Shown here: piece by piece, positions 24,201-35,650 of the stretch | Layout: each line of letters opens with the position of its first letter | Position numbering within the stretch: the first letter of the stretch is position 1 | Assembly (NCBI GenBank): GCA_036172245.1 | Contig: JAYWIR010000026.1 | Coordinates: forward strand, 1,612,001-1,676,000 | Direction: 5' to 3' | DNA length: 64,000 bases | Source of the DNA: Raillietiella orientalis | Taxonomy: Eukaryota | Notes under the pieces: generated by a model | What the model was told of the DNA's origin: nothing | The model's database searches: none | Seen by the model: the letters and a program-made list of their open reading frames with translations, nothing else | Position numbers and translations under genes: made by a program

Positions 24201-27200
24201 CCATAGGGAAGGGTCCTTCCCCTTCAAGAGACATCAGAAATCTCCCTACAATAGACCAGAATGAAAAGCGGGCCTCGAGGAGGTTTCAAAGAGAAAACGG
24301 GAAACGGGACACTCCCCGAGGGGATTTCAATGATTCCCTCAGGCGCCCCAGGATGTTCGCTTCTTCGCTCTCCCAAACGTCTGTCTCAGAAGCGTACCCA
24401 TCCTGAATGAATCCTCCTTGAGTCCTTGGCTAGTAAGAATGGCACAGTAAGAAAGAACGGAGAAGGCTTCGGCTAGAAGGGAACAGTTGCGCTGCCATCT
24501 TCCCTCGGTTCGGTCCCTAAAGAGCTCTGGGGATCCTGCGCTCCTCTGCCCTTTTCCCCGCTAACTTACCTTTCCCACTCCTAGGACATCAGAACCGCCT
24601 GATCTTCCGGAAGAAAGGACAGTAAACAAGTAATCTCTTCTCTCTAGGAGGGTGGGGGAGGAGGCGTCGTCTTCCCTCACCTGCCGGAAGGTTTCCTGAA
24701 GGCTCGGTCGTCCCCGACAGCTTCTGGTTCTCTCCTCTTTGCTTCTGCTTCCTTTTCCCTTTTGTGGATAGGACCAGGTCTCTCACCTTTCTGGAAATTC
24801 GCGGTAAAGATAATGCGGCCTTCTCCGCCTGACAAGGATATATCTTCATCCTAAGGGAGGAATAGCGGACTGTCTGGGAGCGGCAGGGAGAGCAAGGTAT
24901 CAGGATGGACTCTCCTCGTCGGAAAGAGACGTTCTCCATTCTTCTTCCCCATTTTTTCTGAGAATAAAGGAGAAGCCAATGTCGCCATTCGTCCCCTGGA
25001 TCCTCCGGGCTGCAGCTAGCCGAAGCCACGCGGACGGTGCTATTAGCTCGGGATCGACCTGCCCGCGCTCAAGGATCTTTTGCTGCCGAGACCACGTGGA
25101 CGTTCTTTCACCGCTCGTTGCCCACAAATTGGCCGGATCGATAAAGGTCTCGGAAATGGAAGACTCCAGTCATCCTGTGAGAGGTCTCCTACATCCCAAA
25201 GTCTGAGGGAGGCCAGTGGAGTAGCTCTCTACCTTCCCTGACTACCTCCAGCCTCAAGTGGTTCCCAGTCAGGTATGCCTTGGTCCCCGTGAAGTACCTA
25301 AAATCTGCGATGACCCCGAATTTCTCTTGAGAGAGGATAGAGCCTGGAGAAGGTTAGCTGCTGCAGCGCTCTCTGCGAACTACCACAACAGGCCTGAATG
25401 CCGCCGCTTCCCGAGTACCGCGGGGGACTTCTCCTGAGCTTTCTGATGAACAAGGGTACCCTGGCTGATGGATGGATGGGCTCACCTCAGCATCTCTCTT
25501 CTCCTCTTTTCTCCATCACCTTCTTCCACAGCCTCTTCGCCGCCTTCGTCTTCCAGAATCCCTGTGGCTAGCAGGTTTGACCGCAACGTCCAACTTAACC
25601 TTCGATGTCATCTCCATGTCCTCCCTCCCTAGGATTCACCGACCAGCATCCCATCGCGGTGGTGGGACGCCATATCGGCTACCCTGTCCTCATCCTCTTC
25701 AACCGTGTGGCCTTCTTGGGACAGAAGGAGAAGACCCGAAACTTCTTGTATCGGTCATTCCATTCTCCTCTGAAGTGAGGCAAGAGAGGACGATCGACGC
25801 CCTCATGCCGATGGCATGCCAGTCCGCTGCATCCTTTCCGGAACTCGCGGAGCTCCCTTGAAACCTCCCTCTACCCAGTAACGGATCAGCAAGAGGTCGG
25901 ATGAGCAACATAATCTCGTTCAGGAGATCCGGGACGGGAAAAAAAAGCGCATGAGAGGTGTGGTTGGGAGAGATGCATTTGAGACGAAGATAAAAAGGGC
26001 CGTCGGGAAGCAGCAAAACGAAAGGATCTGGAGGCAGCCTAAGGACCCGAAAGGGGACTGAAAGGTCTCTGCTCTAAGTCTCGTTCACTCATGCTCACAT
26101 GTGCGAGGAATAGGACTTCCGCGGGCCATGGGGGACGGAAGGGCACGTCCCCACATCGATGGCTCAAAGAGTACACCAGAGGTCTTTCAGGGAACCATCC
26201 CGCCTTCTGCACGGCACCCCCCCCCCCCCCAACCTGCATCGCGCCTCGAGACATCGTCCCACGGGCACGCTAGAATGACCTGCAGAGACGCCATGCCAGC
26301 ATCCCACGAGCGCCTCCGGGCAGAGCTTTTAGATGCGCGATGTACGGAGAATCCGTTTCCGTGACCCGGGCTGCTGACGACAATGGAGACCACCGCCCCA
26401 CTCTGTTAGGTTTCCGCTCGACTTCTGGATGGCGCTAGTCCCTTACTGGTTCTTGCTCTTTGTCCTCGAGGCAGCTTCGACCTCGGGAGGGAGACACCTG
26501 GCCAGCCACGCCGCTGTCTCCGACTCCGGAAACCGGGAAGACTCCCTAGTATCCCTGGAAATCGCGACTCCAGGAGGCCTGTTGGCCTCCGAGACCCCCC
26601 TGCGAGGATTCAAGAGCTCTTCGCCGCCTCCACAGTCCACGCTTGTGTTTCTCCAGGTCAAGCCACCTGCAAGTTCCCACATCAGAGAAGATTGTCTCCT
26701 GATTTTTCTTTCGTGCTGCCCTTCCCGATCTTCCTCCTCTTTCTTTTGGACCATTCCACTCTTCTTCTGTTTTGAATGCAGCAGGAGGACTTTGCTCTAG
26801 GAGATTGACCTCTGACTGACAGATCCCCAGGTTTCTTCCACTTTGCCTAATCTCAGTGGAGAGAAAGAGGGAGGAAGGACCGACCACAGGAAGCTTCGAG
26901 TCTTCTCTGCCTGTCCCAAGAAGGTCACACTATGCTAAAGAGGAGGAGGACAAGGTATCCGATCCGGCGTCCTACCACCGCGAAGGGATGCTGGTCGGTG
27001 AATCCTAGAAAGAAAGAGGACTCCGGTTGCCAAGAAGCATTCGAGTCCACGGAACTTCGCCTCTCCCTCTTCCTTCTTCTTCCCTTCCTCTTTCACCTCC
27101 TTTCCCTCCTCCCTAGTTCTTCTGCTTTTTGCATTCTCCTTGGCGCGGTCGTATGCGTGGGAGAAGCAAGAAGGCAGAAAGAATAAGGAAAACATGGTCC

Positions 27201-29259
27201 CGTCCGCGCGACCTTCGTTCCTTCCGGAATCCCCTTTCCATTGGTCCGAGGTGGACGACGCCCATCATAATAACTGTAACACGGGATGGTCCTTCCGAGA
27301 AGCCGTTATGCTCCGGACAGCTCTGGAATGCGGAGACAGCGCAGCGGGCGGGTCAGTCGAAAGCCCCCTGCGGAAGGCGGAGTGCGCGCGCGCGCGCTCC
27401 CACGTGCGCACTGGGGAGAGAAGCAATCGAGCATCGCGAGGTCGCGGGAAGGGGAGGGGAGCCGGCGGTGGATGAAGCCGGGCATGTCAGAAGTAGGCGC
27501 GGGCCGCGAGGAGGAACGTGTAAGCGGAGCTTCAAAAAGATTCCAATGCCCCTCTCTGCTCCCTTTTCCATCTCCCTCGGAACCTCCTCTTCCTTTGCCC
27601 CTCGCGCCGCCTCCGGCATCCTCTACAGGCCTCAGAATCCCGGAGGGAGCAGCCGGCCCTGTCCCACCCCCAACCCTTCGCAGCAGCCGCTGCCGCCGCG
27701 CTTACGAAATCGTGGAAATTTTCCCTCTAGGATCGTGGAAGTCGAGGTCTGCAGGCGATGAACCGGAAGTGGATGGGACCCCCACCCCATCGAATCTTTC
27801 CGAATTCGGATCTCTCGAACCTGTGAAGGTTCCCTTCTGAGGAGCAGGGAAAGACTTGAACAGCAGACGAGCTCTCAGGGTTCTCGTTGTCCCCCTCCTC
27901 CCGTTTCGTCCTCCCACGGAGACAAGGCCAGAGCCATTTTCTCGAGTCGTCTCCCACGTCCGCAACCTCTGCAGTTTCCGTGGCAACAGTCGTTCGCCGG
28001 TCACTCCGGACAGAATGAGGAATCGGAGCTTCCGGCTGTGGGACAGACCCGAGCAGGAAAGATCCGGCTGCGTGAGGCTGTTTCCTTGGCAACGGATGAG
28101 GCTGGGCAGAATGGCATTTGACGACGATGTCGAAGAAGGAATGGAGAAGAGAAGCTGAGCATCAGCAGACACTTAAGATACGGAAAAGGAAAAAAGAAGA
28201 AAAACATCGGGGAAAATGCTGCGCCGAGTAGATTGGGAGTCACGTGACGCCTCCTCAGCGTCTTCGCCCTCGCCCGCTTTCCCGCCGCCTTTGGCTGAAC
28301 CGACGCGGATGCAGAGAAACATTCGCGTGCATTTTCACTTTCGTTGGCGGTTCTCTCAAGCAAACTGTACGGAACATTGGTTCCTGATAGGGGTCACGTG
28401 TCCGGAGAAGAAATCGGTGAGGGTTTCTTTCCACGCGGAGGAACATCATCTTTCTCCGCGCTAGAAAAAAACGGAGAGGGGGACTCGGATCGGTGGCTAA
28501 GGAGCCGCAGAGCAGCGAGGACCCCTAGGCAGCTTTTTCCAAACGCGAAAAAGTGAAAAACGAAACGCGTTCCCGAGCTGCTCCACCTGGCGGTGCAGCA
28601 TCCCTATCCCCACTGCTACCCCACCCCCGCTCTCTGCGGCACGTTTCTGCGGAGGCGGGTCTCGCGTTTTGGGACGCTCGTCGCTCTATCTAGAGCGTCG
28701 GACCGGCACTGTCGGGTAGCCACGACCCGGCTGCAGGGTAGCGAGCTCAGCGTGGGCACTGGACCCCCAGGTGTGTGGCTCACACGCGTCACGCGCACTC
28801 TTGTGAACACATGCAAGCACGTGTGCAGCTACAGGCAAGGTTTTTTTCCATCAGTGTGCTTCTTGGATACGTGTCGCCAGCTGGTGCAACTGGGATGCAT
28901 TCCGCGTGGACGCATAAAGCGGGCCGCTGCGTGCCGTCGCACACGAGCCGGGAACGACCAAGGATCGTTGGTACGTGGGTGCCAAAGATCAGTGTGGGCA
29001 GGGAGGAGAGGAGGAGGAAAGGAAAGGTTTCGATCCCCACAGGGATCGACGAGACCTGCGCGAACGCTCCGAAAGAGGAGTCTTTCCCGTCTCCAGCGTG
29101 TGAGGAAGATGGGCAGAATGCGCCTCTGCATCCAGAGGCGAGCCCGGGGCTCGCGGGGAGGATCGCGTAAATGGGACCACCCGCGGATCCGACCTCAGCA
29201 AAGAGCCCCAGGGATCCACCACCACCACCACGCCTGAGCTGAGGAACTCATCCGTAACG

Positions 29260-29627
29260 AAGTGGAGGCTGCGGAATGAGGAGCAGAAGGTGGGTGACAG
29301 AGGGGTGCCGCTGAGGACCATACTGCGAGACTGCGGACCCCGGTCTGGCTCTCCAGACCCTCCCTGGTGTTGGGGGGGAGTAACCCCGCGCAGGCGCATA
29401 TTAGCGCATGCAACCTTCCTGCTCCCAGAGGACGTTCGGAGGTTGCGCAGCAACGAGAAGGCTGCACCGAACCTCTTGCCTTTCTTCTTCCGCTGCCGTT
29501 CAAGGTTCGTCAGTGGACGTTGCAAGGGTTCTGGGGATCCGGGCCGGGGTCCACAGTCCCGCAGGATGGTTCTCAGAGGGGCCCCTCCGTCACCCATCTC
29601 CTACTCCTCATTCCTCAGCCTCCACTT
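29260..29627. repeat. Diverged inverted repeat: arms 29260-29361 and 29526-29627
   Basis: 102-nt arms, 18 mismatches, no indels, 164-nt spacer. Both arms encode KWRLRNEE..GD.G.PLRTILRDCGPR.GSP. Confidence 0.9.
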
Positions 29628-32125
29628 TTTCTCAGAAGCGCCTGCGAATGATTTTCAACGGGAAGAAAAGGCTGTTCCTCTTTTTCTTTCATCTTCTCCA
29701 TTTTTCAGGAGAAGGCCGCATGTGATGAAGACTTCCGGAGGAAGAGCTGTTGGCTAACCTGGGAGGACGCGGATGAGGGAAACTGCGCAGCTCCGCATCC
29801 TGAAAAGCAAGCCGTGGCTCCTTCGACTCACCTGGCCCCTGAGGTCTGAGAAGCTGAAATTCGAGGTCCCTAGAAGGCCTCTGGATTGCATCTCGGAGGA
29901 AGGAACCACTCCGCGTCCTCGAGGAAGCTCCTTGAGCTCCGCGTGGTTTCTGGGTAAAGCTCCAGGGAACCAGAATGAAGGGAATCTCCCGGAAGTGAGG
30001 ACATCCATGAGATTCCCGAGATACTCTTCGAGGTTCTGAGGGAGTCCGTTCAAGTATGGTGGAAGGGAATTCCGTTCCTCAGATCTCCCGAACTCTGCTC
30101 TCGTTCCAGGAACGCCTCCGGAGAGGAAGGAAAGCCGGGATGCGTGCCGGATGTTTGGGAGCACTTCGGTGCCAGCGCCGTTCGGGATGAACCAAGAGAA
30201 CTCGGGTCTCTGAATGTGATGGAAGGACCCCGAACCAGGAGGCCCCATGGACCTGGCCTTACCGGATGAAATCCACGCGGAGCATCTGGCTGGACGGATC
30301 GGAAGGCAGAGATGGTTCTTCAGGATCCGAAGAAGCCCTGTGACCCTCGTTTCCACTGGACCGTTGAAGCTGAGAAGGCTCCGGGACTTCAGCGAAAGCC
30401 ATCCTTGGAGAGGAATTCGTATTTTTAGAAAAATGGGGAGCGATGCTGCGATCTGCTCCAAGGAAGCGAAGGCCTCGTGAAGATCGGTGATGTTCTGCAG
30501 GGACAGACGCAGCAGCTTGACAAAAGGCCGTATGAACGGCATTAGCACTGCGAGCGTCCCCACCGGTCGCACTCGCCACCGGACAGTCGGCGTTGTCCGG
30601 TACACACGTTGTCCCTGAGGGCAGGTTCCTTCCGCTCTTGAGCCCTTTGTGGATAATGGGCGGAAGGAGCTGTTGAGCAATGCAGCCCGAGAACCGGAGG
30701 GTCCCCGTGGGGCAGCGACGTCCACTGCGGCAGTCAGCCAAGCGAAGGTACTCTCCTTCTCCCGCTGAGGTCTCTGGCTCTTGGATTTTCTGACCACCAC
30801 GCCTGAGGAAATTCCCATCTTCCCCTCCAATCTCTGGCCAATGACTGCTCTTTTTCCTGGGCGCCATTGTGACGCTCCCGCCTCCCTACCGCTGGCTTCG
30901 CTTCACCGTGACAACGGGAGACTTCCGCTGTTTCTGGAAGGCGGGAACTTGGGGAGGCCAAGGGAAGGTCGGACGAGCAGGTCAGCGCAGCATCTTCTTC
31001 AGGCTGGCGGAGGAGAAGGTCCGATCCGCCTCCCAGCATCTGGACTTGTGAGCTGGAGGAGCGAAAGAGTGAGAGTTTCCGGGAGGCTGGGATGTGAATG
31101 AGGGAAATGAAAGGGTTTCCTTGGGATGGGCGTGCGCAGTTGCCGAAGCGCTTCTCTCCGAAGAGAGGGAGTCGGTGGGAAACGGGATGTTTAGGAGCTG
31201 CCTGTCCTCCTTTGGCCCACCAAATGTCGAGCGCCTCTCCCCAACCGATCCCGCACTCCTTGTGTCAAAGATCCTCTCCAGGGAAAGGGAAGGACAGACA
31301 ACAGTGCAAATTTCGGGAAGCCCTTGAGGGGAAGGGGTCCTCTCTTCCTTTCTCTGTCCTCGGGACCACGTCCTACCTTTCAGGTCCCTCGTTCCGAAGT
31401 CGATGCGCTCCTCCATACTGCCGGTTCCCTTCGACAGACGATCACCGACGAATTCGGGTACAGGGAGCAACCCTACTTTTTCCTGGAGCTTCCCGTCCCT
31501 CCCTGGATCCGGAAATTTCCCAGAAATTTCGCCTCCTTGGAGATAAAGCAGCGCGGCTTGAGTGCACTCGGCGTCCACTGAGATCGAGCCTCTGGGAATT
31601 GGTCACATGGTCCGGAACCCTCCCGCATCAACCTTAACAGCCACCTGTTATCTCCTTACCTGCCCTGGACGAAGCACTTCGGACACCCGGCGTTCCCGAA
31701 CTCGACGTTCGAGGATTAGAAAGGTCGCCCTGTCTGCCGACCGGGAAGGAATTTCCCTTAATGGGAGCAAAGCCGTCAGTGCGGGAACGTGGACCTTCCC
31801 CCGCTTGTCCGTAGACGCAGCGCGTTAGGAGGCACTGGAGGCAGGAGGCTGAGCGGGATTGCAAGTCAGCGAGAGCCCGAGAAAGCACAAGATCCCACAG
31901 CCCGACAAGGAACGCGTGAATCCGTTCCCCCTCTGGCCGGCCCATTTTGCGCAGAAGACGGAAGCGCTCCTGGTGACGAGTCCCGCCCACGACACGCTCC
32001 AGCATCTTTCGTCTGAGAGAGAAGTGCGCGGTTGTCGGGAAGAAGTCATCCTCTGCACCCGGCGCAAAAGGCCGTGCCTGAGTTGTGCGCCTGATTGCCG
32101 TCACATTCCACTCCGAGGTATTCAT
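29520..32125 (-). mobile_element. Decayed, internally deleted L1/Tx1-like ORF2 (APE endonuclease, RT, C-terminus)
   Basis: MNTSEWNVTAI (~SWNVRGL), CVYG..QGDLS (~NVYAP..GDFN), ERIDF (~SRID), PPIIHKGLKSGR, TDLHEAFASL (~D.EKAFD), SFNG, EEYLG (~KYLG), KWRLRN (~IW..RN), all in the correct order. Confidence 0.6.
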
Positions 32126-32794
32126 CCGCGATTGACCGCAACGCTCGTGACTAGCCGACTTCACCCGCGCGTGTCTTCAATGTCAGATCTTTTGTCCTGT
32201 GGTGCGTAGAAGAGGTAGCGATTCCTCTGTCTTCTATGCTTTCCTTCCAGCTTTTGTTTGTTGTTTTTTCTGGGGGGGGGGGGTTTCCTTTGGTTCACCC
32301 AGTGCCGAGGAACCGCTTGCCCTTTCATGGGGAGGATAGGGGTGGGAGTAACAAAGCTCTTTAACACTGTCCGCGCCATTCCCAAGGGTGCGCGTCACTC
32401 TTCAAGCTATAGGGAGTTACCCCGGGAGAGGATGACCCTATGAATCCAGGAAGGCTCCGGAGGAAGGAGTCCGTTGGGAGGCTCACGCTTGGGAGGGAAC
32501 CACCTCTTCCTTATTCTCTCCGGAGTCAACCCCCGATTTGTAGAGGCCGCTCCTCGTTTCTCCTTCCTCCGAGGGGAACCCGGAAAGGATCCCCTCCTGG
32601 AATTTTTCCTACGGAGGGAACCCGCAAGGGAGTTACTCCTTGTTTACTCCTCCCAAGAGAACCTGGAGGGAACCGGTGCTCCTTGATGTCCTGGAAGGAC
32701 ACCAAAGGGTCCACTTCCAGTCCCGGCAGGTCAATGGGGACATCCTGTTTCCTTATTGCACCAGAAGTCTATCGGCTAACCAGCGTCGTCCTGC

Positions 32795-32915
32795 AGGGGG
32801 GGATTCGAACCCACGACGCACCCATTTCGGGATGTCGATCCTCCTCCCTGGGCGGGATTCAAACCCTGGACGCCTGGTGCCTCCACACACGGGGGCCGCA
32901 GCCACGCGGCCGCCA
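32795..32915 (-). mobile_element. tRNA-derived SINE-like relic with two B-boxes
   Basis: GGGTTTGAATCCC and GGGTTCGAATCCC ~53 nt apart on the minus strand; no intact cloverleaf. Confidence 0.35.
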
Positions 32916-32935
32916 ACGGCGATCTTGCCTCTGAC

Positions 32936-33042
32936 CGTGAGTAACGGGTGACTGTTTTAATGAGTAACGATGACAGCGACGCTTCCGTGAGTAACGGCGT
33001 TCGTCGCTACTCACGGAAGTTACATTGCTACTCCCGTTACCG
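32936..33042. repeat. GAGTAACG-repeat fold-back, MITE-like remnant
   Basis: Three GAGTAACG units mirrored by imperfect complements; core hairpin cttccgtgagtaacggcg/cgtcgctactcacggaag at 32982-33019. Confidence 0.5.
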
Positions 33043-33199
33043 CCTTTGTGAGCAAGCCCGCCTTCCCCCCCCCCCCCCACACAGTTAGGAAGCGCAGACG
33101 AGATGCTCCTGACTCTCGGTGTTGATTGTGCCGAAGCTTCTAGCGCCACCGCTGATTCACTGATGGTTCTGAGGCAGGCACGTCGCGGTGACGACCTCC

Positions 33200-34120
33200 T
33201 ATGATGCGCTTCCCCCTCGTGAGCGAACCGCACGACGGATTCGGCTGCGGAGGCTGTTTCCAGGCTCGGTTCCCTCATCGGCATCCTGCGACCAGGCAAG
33301 GGGTCTCGGAAGCGAACGTGGATAGATCTCCAATCCCACACTCCTCCTCGGAAGCATCCGGCTGCTCCGACTGGTCCGATGACTGCAGAGATCTTGAACA
33401 GCTGAGCTGAGCTGAGCTGTTGCAGCGAGCCATGCGAAGGGAGGAAAAGGGATCGGAGAAGAGATAAAGACGGATGCTCATGCAAAGGATCGAACGAAGC
33501 CAACGCTCTGAGAGTTCAGCGAAGGGTAGAGGTCACTGGAAGCTGCTGGAGAGCAGCTTCCTGCTGTCCGAAGAGAAGAAGACGGTCCAGGAGCTGAGGA
33601 AGGATGAGGTGTCTCAGCTAAAGGCGGAGCTAGCCGAGGAGATTGCCGCAGGGAGGCACAAGATTTCGAAGCCTCGGATCTCCTCGACTGCTGGTCAAGA
33701 CGAAGGCAGCTGCGGGCACGTACTGTTGGCTGCTGATCACATCACAGGATGTGTTGCTTTTGATCACGTGGCTGAGCTCTGATCAGTTCGGTCTGCTGCT
33801 TCCCTTCCTCCTGCTTTTCGAAAAGAGAGCTGTTTCCTTCATCTCTGTTCCGTGGAAACTTCCCTCTTTCTCCCTTACTTCTTCCTTCGATTTCAGCTGC
33901 TGAGGATTTTTCGCAAAAACGTGAGGCAGGAAGAAACGGGGTTCCCTTGGAAAAGAAACCTTCTAGGCACTCTTGGCGCACTTCTGTGAGCCGACTTGGG
34001 TGCATTCTTCTAGCTCGGGAAATTCCCCTCTGCCTCCTCTCGCAAGCCTTCCTCAGGACAAGCCCCGACTCCCCAAGGAAGGCATGGAGAAATCTTGCAG
34101 TACATGAAGCGTTGTCCGGC
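33200..34120 (+). mobile_element. Decayed LINE ORF1 (PHD-like, coiled coil, Tnp22-like; CR1/L2 type)
   Basis: GCGGCF..H..GVSEA..W..DCR; VQELRKDEVSQLKAELAEE; SRLG..REIPL..LAVHEALS (~RLG..RP..I.EDL). Confidence 0.35.
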
Positions 34121-34949
34121 GTCGAAGGGAAAGTCTGTTTAGGGTCAAAGCACTGGCCTGTCAGTCCTCGTCTGCTTGGGGAAGAAGCACGTCTTTTGTG
34201 AGTAGTAAGAATCTTTGCATCCACACTGCTTCCAAGAAGACAGAAGAAAAAAGGCAACTTTTTGATGGGAGAGAAAGTTGCAATCTTTCTAGCTCACTTA
34301 AAGGTCAAGAAAGAATAGTGGTAATTAGAAGTGCTTCCTGAAAAAGACTTATAAAAGAGCGAAAGTGTTGAGGTGGATGTTTCTAACGAACCGCCCGTCC
34401 ATTCACTTTCTTCTTTCTGTTCCTTCCATCACTTTCTTCTTCTTCCTGTTCCTTCCATTCACTTCCTTCTTATTCCTGTCCTATGCGGTTTAATGGCAAC
34501 CGGAACGAGAAAACTGCCCCTCTCCTTTCTTCTCGAAAGAAAGGGAGAAGTCCTTTCTGCCCCTCTTTAGAGAAAGATATCATATCGTGAGACGTAGGAG
34601 GATGCCTTCTTGAGGACGTCGTCGGATACGCTCCATCTGCACATAGCTGGCGAGAACCGATGAACTTGTGCCCCCTTTAACCTGTGTTACGCAACAGTTC
34701 TCGTGACAACGGGATTTTGTCTCTTTTTTCAGACTATAGGTCCAGAGTCGTCTTCCTCACAGGTGCTGCCTGTCATCTCGGAAGCTCTCGGAGCTTCACT
34801 GGAAGAATCTTGTCCGAGATATTCCAACCAATCCCCTCTCTGACCCCGTAGGGACACAGAGGATCTGGATCAGAATGATCTCTCAGAGAGCGTTTGAACC
34901 TCAAGGGAAGATTGTAGGCAAAATAGGTTTCCGGGAAACCAGAGAACCC

Positions 34950-35650
34950 TTTCTTGTTTGAAAGTCCATCATGGATTCATACTGCGCAGAAATGGACAAA
35001 CCAGAAGCCAGAGGATGATTAGTGAATACAATAAGGAAGAAGAGATTTGGTTCTTCGGCTTCCAATTGGATTTCTTAAGAGAAAAAAAATACCACGGACG
35101 GAAGGGCGGTGCTTGATGAGATCGTCTTCAGTCCGTTCTTGGAGTGGCTTGCCAGACGAGCAAGTCGAGATGAGACCATGACTTCAGGAGAGCTGCACTC
35201 CGGAAGTCGAACCTTCCGGCTACAGAAGGTTTGTTTTAGTATGGGACGGCAGAGAAGGCAGAAGGGTGAGTCATGAGTCAATCCGATGTCACCATGAAGA
35301 GGGTATTGCTCTGGCCACGCACGCTTCAGGAATTGATGGCAACGTCTGCATTCGCTTTGGATGCATGCGGGAGGGAAGGAGGTGGGGAGCAGGAATGAGT
35401 GGTGTTCTTGAGTAAACCAAAAGTGGTCATTGGTTCATCCGAGGTCAGTTGCTTCTGGAGACGAGGGCTATGAGGCGAGAGATACTCGCCCCTCCTGCGG
35501 CTGAAACGCAGAGATGTCCATCTAAATCTCGGGTAGTCCGATGGTGCCGGTTCCACGGTCACCCCACCGCTGTCGGTGTCGAAGAAGGGGGCAAAAACTT
35601 GGTTTGTGGTGTTGTGCTCCTCGGAAAGCGGCATCTCTGTTGGTCATCCC
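34950..35650 (-). mobile_element. Decayed L1-like RT fragment
   Basis: RRRGEYLSP..EPM (~RQG.PLSP..EPL), KANADV (~YADD), SHSKNGLKTISSSTALPSVVF (~LS..GR.TLIKS..P..Y). Confidence 0.35.

Noticed and set aside
26429..26800. Signal-like ORF MALVPYWFLLFVLEAAS
   Set aside because: No promoter, splice or codon-bias support; hydrophobicity is explained by pyrimidine-rich DNA
29754..30830. 358-aa ORF as an endogenous viral or cellular gene
   Set aside because: Motif order fits a decayed L1/Tx1 RT with an upstream APE endonuclease
32795..32915. tRNA gene
   Set aside because: B-boxes only; no acceptor stem, D-arm or anticodon arm could be folded
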